In this document: one piece after another, positions 61,240 through 64,000 of the stretch
How the letters are laid out: the number at the start of each line of letters is the position of its first letter
How positions within the stretch are numbered: the stretch's first letter is position 1
Assembly (NCBI GenBank): GCA_965153355.1
Contig: OZ231126.1
Location: forward strand, 20,336,001 to 20,400,000
Direction of reading: 5' to 3'
Length of the DNA: 64,000 nucleotides
Source: Flaccisagitta enflata
Lineage: Eukaryota
Position numbers and translations under genes: made by a program
Notes under the pieces: model-generated
Told to the model about the DNA's origin: nothing
The model's database searches: none
What the model saw: only the letters and a program-made list of their open reading frames with translations

Positions 61240-62885
61240 CTGAAAAACTAAAGGCCACATCATGGTTACTAAAGTGAAAATAAACGCGGCTACTCGATCA
61301 GACCCGGCTACTCGATCAGACCCGGCTACTCGATCAGACCCGGCTACTCGATCAGACCCGGCTACTCGATCAGACCCGGCTACTCGATCAGACCCGGCTA
61401 CTCGATCAGACCCGGCTACTCGATCAGACCCGGCTACTCGATCAGACCCGGCTACTCGATCAGACCCGGCTACTCGATCAGACCCGGCTACTCGATCAGA
61501 CCCGGCTACTCGATCAGACCCGGCTACTCGATCAGACCCGGCTACTCGATCAGACCCGGCTACTCGATCAGACCCGGCTACTCGATCAGACCCGGCTACT
61601 CGATCAGACCCGGCTACTCGATCAGACCCGGCTACTCGATCAGACCCGGCTACTCGATCAGACCCGGCTACTCGATCACACCCGGCTACTCGATCACACC
61701 CGGCTACTCGATCACACCCGGCTACTCGATCACACCCGGCTACTCGATCACACCCGGCTACTCGATCACACCCGGCTACTCGATCACACCCGGCTACTCG
61801 ATCACACCCGGCTACTCGATCACACCCGGCTACTCATTAACCCGGCTACTCATTAACCCGGCTACTCGATCAGACCCAGCTAACCTGGAAGTCCATGATG
61901 GCATACCTGGAAGTCCATGATGGCATACCTGGAAGTCCATGATGGCATACCTGGAAGTCCATGATGGCATACCTGGAAGTCCATGATGGCGTACCTGGAA
62001 GTCCATGATGGCGTACCTGGAAGTCCATGATGGCGTACCTGGAAGTCCATGATGGCGTACCTGGAAATCCATGATGGCATACCTGGAAGTACAACAATGA
62101 AAAATTATAACTACAAAAATTTTCAAAAAAAATTTTCAAAAAAATTTTTTCAAAAAAAATTTAGAAAAATTTTCAATTTTTTTTCAAGAAAAAAAAAATT
62201 CAAAAAAAAAACTTCAAAAAAAAAAATTTTCAAAAGAAAAAAAAAATTTCAGAAAAAAATTTTTTCAAAAAAAATTTCTAAGTCCAGGAAATAATGTTAC
62301 TAGACTAGATACATCATAAATACCCTTATATTTTCTTAACCAATACTCAGAATTTACTGAAATCTTGCAGGGGAGCTTTAATTGATGCAATGAACCTTCA
62401 CAACAAGTTTGAACAATATTGGTGAACCTTTACTACGCTTCCCCTATGTAATTTGCACAATTCCAGGAATTGATATTACTAGCAAAATACCCTAATATCT
62501 TCTAAACCAATACTCAGAATTTACTGAAATCTTGCAGGGGAGCTTTAATTGATGCAATGAACCTTCACAACAAGTTTGAACAACATTGGTGAACCTTTAC
62601 TACCCTTCCCTTATGTAAATTGCACAAGTCCAGGAATTAATATTACTACAAAAATAATAGGCAAAGGGTATTAAATATTTATGAATGTTGTTGAAAGTTG
62701 GTACACAGGTTAGTAATGCCCTAAAAATAACACTGACCAAGTTTCATCAACATCTGAGTACTGGTTCTCAAGTTTTCGAGGGTTGAGACAAACAACAACA
62801 ACGACGACGACGGCTTACTACACGAAAGGAATTTTCAAGGCTATGTTATAGACCACATCGAGAAATAACTCGATGTGGCCAAAAA
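61240..62885 (-). mobile_element. Helentron-like non-autonomous element (GGCCACATC stem) carrying 18-bp and 21-bp tandem arrays
   Basis: GGCCACATC at 61253; (CGGCTACTCGATCAGACC)n at about 61287-61880; (ACCTGGAAGTCCATGATGGCRT)n at about 61883-62090; core shared with 58840-59330; hairpin GACCACATCGAG-AAATAA-CTCGATGTGGCC plus AAAAA at 62851-62885. Absent from the paralogous site near 17390. Confidence 0.85.
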
Positions 62886-63248
62886 GAAAATTCGGGGAAA
62901 ATAAAACTTTTGACAGTACCAAATAAAAAAATTGATTAGTAAAACACAATTTAACACTGTTTAAACTTTATAGATAGAGTTTTATAGCTATATGGGGAAG
63001 AAAATCAGATTTTGTAATGCTGTTGGGCTACCCAACAGCGCAAAGAAGAAAATCAAAAGCAAGAGGGGGGGAGAAATTGCTCAAAAGGTCATGTAACCAT
63101 ATACACCCTTGAAAAAATGATAAAACATATTTATATCCCCTCAATTTCTTATGTTGATTCTAGATTAAAAGAATAATGCAATTTGGACGCAACTAAACGG
63201 AAACATCAATGTAGATTATTTTCGCCAACTTAAATCGACGCAATATTC

Positions 63249-64000
63249 TCACGACAAAAAGGCCCAAATTTCCAACGCCTTGATTACAAAATCCTCCTTA
63301 GAAGAAAGACAATCGTTGCCAAAAGTGGAACAGGGATGGCTCCTGCCGTGATACAAGTCCTCGTCGAGCCAAAGGCCGAACAAGCCTTCGCCTGCGCCGA
63401 TGGCCAAACTCTCCTTGTTGCCTTTGATGAAAAAGCTGTTTTCGCCGGACCACGGCCAATGCTTTAATTCTCCATCGTCGAGGAGGGAAAACAGAAACAT
63501 TTCGCCGTTGCCGTAGAAATGATCGCTGACGGTAAACGAACAAGAAGACATGGCCCCGAATACTTTGTCGTTGGTGTCCTTGATAAACATGAGCACGGGA
63601 CCTTGAGGCAAGGCGGCCATTTTCCGGTACAAGGAGTTCAAGGAAAATCCGTTTTCTTCCGTGGAAAAGACGAGATTCCAAGGGTAGCCGACGGTGCGCG
63701 CCGGCAGTACCTCGTGGATTTTCTTCACCATATCTTCGTCGAATATGGCCGATGCGCCGATGATTTCCGGCATCAAACTCATCATCGAATCTTCCGACAT
63801 GAGAACCGATCTGCGCCGCTCGATTTCGTCGGTGTTGATGATCTCCCATTCTTTAGCGACCAACTGCTTGAGGAAATCGTCGTCGTTCGCATCATCGCCT
63901 TCATCGCTCAAATTGCCGTTGACGACAAAGGCCTGTTGATGTTGATCGTCGTCCCGATTGTCGTACACTTCCGGCGTCCACTGTAAGAAAAAGGCGTAGA
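63249..64000 (-). CDS. OXR1: Second OXR1/NCOA7-like gene copy (TLDc end); its 5' part lies beyond the window
   Basis: Open frame to the window edge. The translation matches the C-terminal about 250 aa of 13881-17021 except for G>S and I>T. Confidence 0.9.
   Translation of the reverse strand, partial: YAFFLQWTPEVYDNRDDDQHQQAFVVNGNLSDEGDDANDDDFLKQLVAKEWEIINTDEIERRRSVLMSEDSMMSLMPEIIGASAIFDEDMVKKIHEVLPARTVGYPWNLVFSTEENGFSLNSLYRKMAALPQGPVLMFIKDTNDKVFGAMSSCSFTVSDHFYGNGEMFLFSLLDDGELKHWPWSGENSFFIKGNKESLAIGAGEGLFGLWLDEDLYHGRSHPCSTFGNDCLSSKEDFVIKALEIWAFLS

Larger units (their letters stand above)
60924..64000 (-). repeat. Inverted duplicate of 16270-17699 (OXR1 3' CDS and 3' flank), interrupted by a 1.6-kb insertion
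   Basis: 64000 corresponds to 16270 and 63249 to 17021. The 3' flank aligns over 62886-63248 and 60924-61238. Confidence 0.97.

Noticed and set aside
61287..62090. CRISPR-like regular repeats and the 192-aa (ATRSDP)n ORF
   Set aside because: Head-to-tail 18-bp and 21-bp units with no unique spacers and no cas genes, in a eukaryotic context. The ORF exists only because the unit length is a multiple of three and lacks stops.

Overview
This is eukaryotic (invertebrate animal-like) genomic DNA, not prokaryotic: it has spliceosomal introns, long microsatellites and many non-autonomous transposons. I found no CRISPR array, rRNA or convincing tRNA. Genes assembled by hand from splice sites and reading-frame continuity: RPRD1A/B-like (minus, 7 exons), an intronless OXR1/NCOA7/mustard-like LysM-GRAM-TLDc gene (plus), ICA69/ICA1-like (minus, 3' end unresolved), intronless SEC22B (minus), MFSD1-like transporter (plus, 7 exons) and the splicing kinase PRPF4B/PRP4K (minus, 19 exons, about 1394 aa, two GC-AG introns). 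A second, inverted and nearly identical OXR1-like copy runs off the right end. Mobile DNA includes a decayed BEL/Pao integrase with a large extra 3' ORF, a young gag-only LTR element carrying a nested MITE, several MITEs, and a family of Helentron/HINE-like elements in which each copy has its own matched pair of terminal motifs. All gene identities come from recognising sequence motifs by eye; no database search was run. Nothing here amounts to a demonstrated new biological system. The strongest leads are the swapped-termini Helentron-like elements, the inverted OXR1 duplicate, possible splicing autoregulation features of PRP4K, and the unusual LTR elements.
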